The notes beneath the pieces were generated by a model. The model was not told where the DNA came from. It saw only the letters and a program-made list of their open reading frames with translations, and did no database searches. This document shows, one piece after another, positions 63,802 to 64,000 of a stretch of DNA of 64,000 bases. How positions within the stretch are numbered: the first letter of the stretch is position 1; each line of letters starts with the position of its first letter. The DNA lies in NCBI GenBank assembly GCA_963665115.1, contig OY762007.1, positions 448,001 to 512,000 of the forward strand. The letters run 5' to 3'. The translations under genes and the position numbers were made by a program. The DNA is from an uncultured Rivularia sp. (lineage in GTDB: Bacteria > Cyanobacteriota > Cyanobacteriia > Cyanobacteriales > Nostocaceae).

Positions 63802-64000
63802 TTAATTGCTGACAAACCAATTTTCAATTTGCAATTCGCTAAAATTAGCAAAATCTGATACATTATTGGTCACAAGAATCAAGTCATTAACTTTGGCAAT
63901 CGCAGCAATTTGACTATCTGCAAATGATGGTGTTTTACCAATTTTCATTAAACGCGCTCTTTCCGTAGCGTGCCATTTTGCAGCCTTAGCATCATAGCTA
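63802..64000 (-). CDS. VapC/PIN-domain toxin, 3' part (runs off the window)
   Basis: Translates to ...ERARLMKIGKTPSFADSQIAAIAKVNDLILVTNNVSDFANFSELQIENWFVSN*. Confidence 0.85.
   Translation of the reverse strand, partial: SYDAKAAKWHATERARLMKIGKTPSFADSQIAAIAKVNDLILVTNNVSDFANFSELQIENWFVSN

Overview
Chromosomal window from a filamentous, probably heterocyst-forming cyanobacterium (Nostocales/Rivulariaceae-like; inferred from frequent HIP1 GCGATCGC sites, heptamer STRR tracts and genes such as petM, ycf39, ycf66 and nblR). Core blocks are aspC; gnd; ycf66/ferredoxin-hisZ-DnaJ-TPR; suhB-thermonuclease-2Fe-2S ferredoxin; tRNA-Ser(GGA); lpdA-trpC; DUF192-nblR-NAD kinase-ycf39-petM/pdxA; and an FeS-type photolyase. 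They alternate with accessory signalling or conflict loci: four Hanks-type Ser/Thr kinases; an hsdM-hsdS pair with no hsdR in the window; retropepsin and toxin-antitoxin modules; two paired AAA_35 (STAND-like) NTPase modules (HTH-AAA_35 with a transmembrane AAA_35-WD40 and secreted TPR proteins; kinase-AAA_35 with a cytoplasmic AAA_35-WD40 carrying homogenised, hypervariable repeats); a caspase-GAF-like-EAL fusion with an EACC1-like partner next to the tRNA; and a CHAT-nSTAND1-TM-pentapeptide protein. Small GTAG-type palindromic repeats mark many accessory-gene boundaries, and one dispersed repeat is inserted in frame in a protein. About nine genes carry single-base frameshifts, five of them in an RGAAAC context, probably assembly errors. 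All family assignments come from motif recognition by eye; no searches were run.
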